Shown here piece by piece: positions 62,069 to 64,000 of a stretch of 64,000 nt of DNA (positions are counted from its first letter, which is position 1; every line of letters starts with the position of its first letter). This DNA comes from Octopus vulgaris. Taxonomy: Eukaryota. Location: positions 205,158,001 through 205,222,000 of the forward strand of contig OX597814.1 of assembly GCA_951406725.2 (NCBI GenBank). Reading direction: 5' to 3'. The notes below the pieces were generated by a model that ran no database searches, was not told the origin of the DNA, and was given only the letters and a program-made list of their open reading frames with translations. The position numbers were made by a program, and so were the translations under genes.

Positions 62069-63389
62069 TATGAAACATGATTATATTCAAAGATTTGAAC
62101 TTAATCAACTCTAACCTAAAAAATAATAGATTTTCTTGATAAAACATTAAACTTGGTAATAAAACTTCAACAGAAAATCTATTGAAAGTTTATAGTATAA
62201 CCATAAGAATTTGAACTACTTGTCCAAAATATTAATCACAAGTTATTGAACATTTCAACTGAAGAAAATAAATAAAATAAAATAATAGTTTTATCATGAT
62301 GTGGCTAAAAAGGTAAGATCAAATACATCAAGAATAATGATAATACCACAACAAAGAAGAAAGGATAAACCTCTATAATTCACATAAACCATGTCTTATG
62401 TCTCTTAAACAGCTGATGTCTTTTGAGTTCCATGGTCTATTGTGCTGAAGCATCACTAGTAAATGTATCAACACTTAAATATATATATGTCACTTTAACA
62501 GTTAACCCATTTAAATTGCGATAACACCAATACGTGCACACTTTCAGAAATCCAATCAGATATACAAACATCACTTTTCAAATTAACTTTGGGTATTGAA
62601 AGATAAAATACACCCATTTACTCATCAAATAAAAAATTTTGAAAACCACCAAAAACGTAATCAATTTTTAAGAGCCTGTGGTTTATGTTTCCCTGATAAA
62701 ATAACAAGAAAAAACAAAAACATTTACTAAGGAAATATGAAGAATATGAAGTAACTGACATTGTTTGCTTCTTAAATTGAATATGCTTAAAAAATAATAC
62801 ATGCAAGAGAGTGACCTCCCTTGCACCATTCATATTAATATTTGGGCCATTCGCTTGTATTGCTATATATTTATACAACTTTATAAAGAGGTTATTTTTA
62901 TTGAGATTATCTAAAGAAAGTTGCAGTGCCCATAGCTTTCACAAGCTCTCCAAGATGAAACACTTTATAATTAGCTTGTACACACCTAAACCTCAATATT
63001 TTATATCATTTTGTTCTCTTTGCTAATTTGCTCTCCATTATTTTTGCCTCCTCTTTCAGTTTCTATCTTTTTGCTCTTTCTCTTTCTGTTTATCTTTTAC
63101 TAATTTTCTCTGCATCTTTTCATGCTCAGAATTGTTAAAATATGATATTAACTACTTGCAGCAGTTGTTTGCTGCCAGGAGACCATTTCCTTCATGTTTC
63201 CTGAAATCCACAGACACCATTCCTGAAGAGCCTAAGGACTCTTTTCTCTTTATAGCTCTTTTACTCTTTGCCTGGAGGGCAGTTTTCCTGATAGTAATTA
63301 TGAATGCAACTCATTCAATTTATTCTGCTAAACCGTATCTATAGTTTTTGTTGAGGAAACACTAAACCAGTTAATAATAATAATAATAA

Positions 63390-63505
63390 TTGTGTACAGT
63401 GCTCAGGTGCACTACAACTCATCTAAAGTGTATATACAATCAGGTGTAGTTTCGGCAGATTTCGGAAAGCATGAGGGCCTTAAAGGATGCAGTGTCATGG
63501 CAGTC
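63390..63505 (-). mobile_element. short CR1-like LINE 3' end with (ATT)n tail
   Basis: reverse complement DCHDTASFKALMLSEICRNYT*; the same terminus cagtgctcagg..cactacaactcatc recurs near 59265-59300. Confidence 0.5.
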
Positions 63506-63743
63506 GTTTACAGTTTCCGTCTACCACATCCATTCACAAGGCTTTTGTTGATCTGGGGCAATAGCAGAAAACACTTGCCCAAGGTGCTGTACAATGGGAC
63601 TGAACCTGAAACTATGATGTTAGGAAGCCACTTCTTAACCACACAGCCACACCTGCACCAATACATGAAAAATAATTCCTTCTATTTTGTCATTTAACCT
63701 TTTCATTACTGCATTTATAGTGAGATGCTCTGTGTTTCTTTCA

Positions 63744-63778
<35 letters not shown>

Positions 63779-63915
63779 GTTGTGTAAAAGTACAGAAATT
63801 AACATTTTTGGATCAGATGACAACCTTTATTAGACAGAATTCTGTGTGAGGAGGTTAGGCATATAGAGGATGGAGGGGGAGTGGGGAGAAGATAATAGTA
63901 GTGTAAAAACACATA

Positions 63916-64000
63916 AGGCAGCGAGCTGGCAGAATCGTTAGCACACCAGGTGAAATGCCAAGCGGTATTTCGTCTGCCACTACATTCTGAGTTCAAATTC
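63916..64000 (+). mobile_element. SINE B head, cut by the window end
   Basis: ggcagcgagctggcagaatcgttagc..gagttcaaattc. Confidence 0.8.

Overview
AT-rich, microsatellite-dense eukaryotic DNA whose repeat families (tRNA-headed SINEs, RTE/CR1/Tx1/R4-type LINE fragments, Penelope, Helitrons, mariner) resemble those of a coleoid cephalopod (Octopus-like; inference). One host gene is clearly supported: a minus-strand TRIM/RBCC E3 ligase (25880-27490) encoded in one large exon behind a strong splice acceptor at 27555-27556. Sequence to its right is therefore at least partly intronic. Its C-terminal tail has no recognisable NHL/filamin/SPRY domain but carries a cluster of TQT-like (LC8/dynein-light-chain) motifs. 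Almost all other listed ORFs are microsatellite or repeat artefacts. Most notable non-coding structure: a complete 2x2 head/tail combination set among SINEs; a substitution-free two-unit (26/16 bp) minisatellite; a ~450-bp foldback; Penelope hammerhead-like remnants; a cluster of three Helitrons, two joined head-to-tail; repeated SINE insertion at one target site. All family assignments are by eye from motifs, with no database search.
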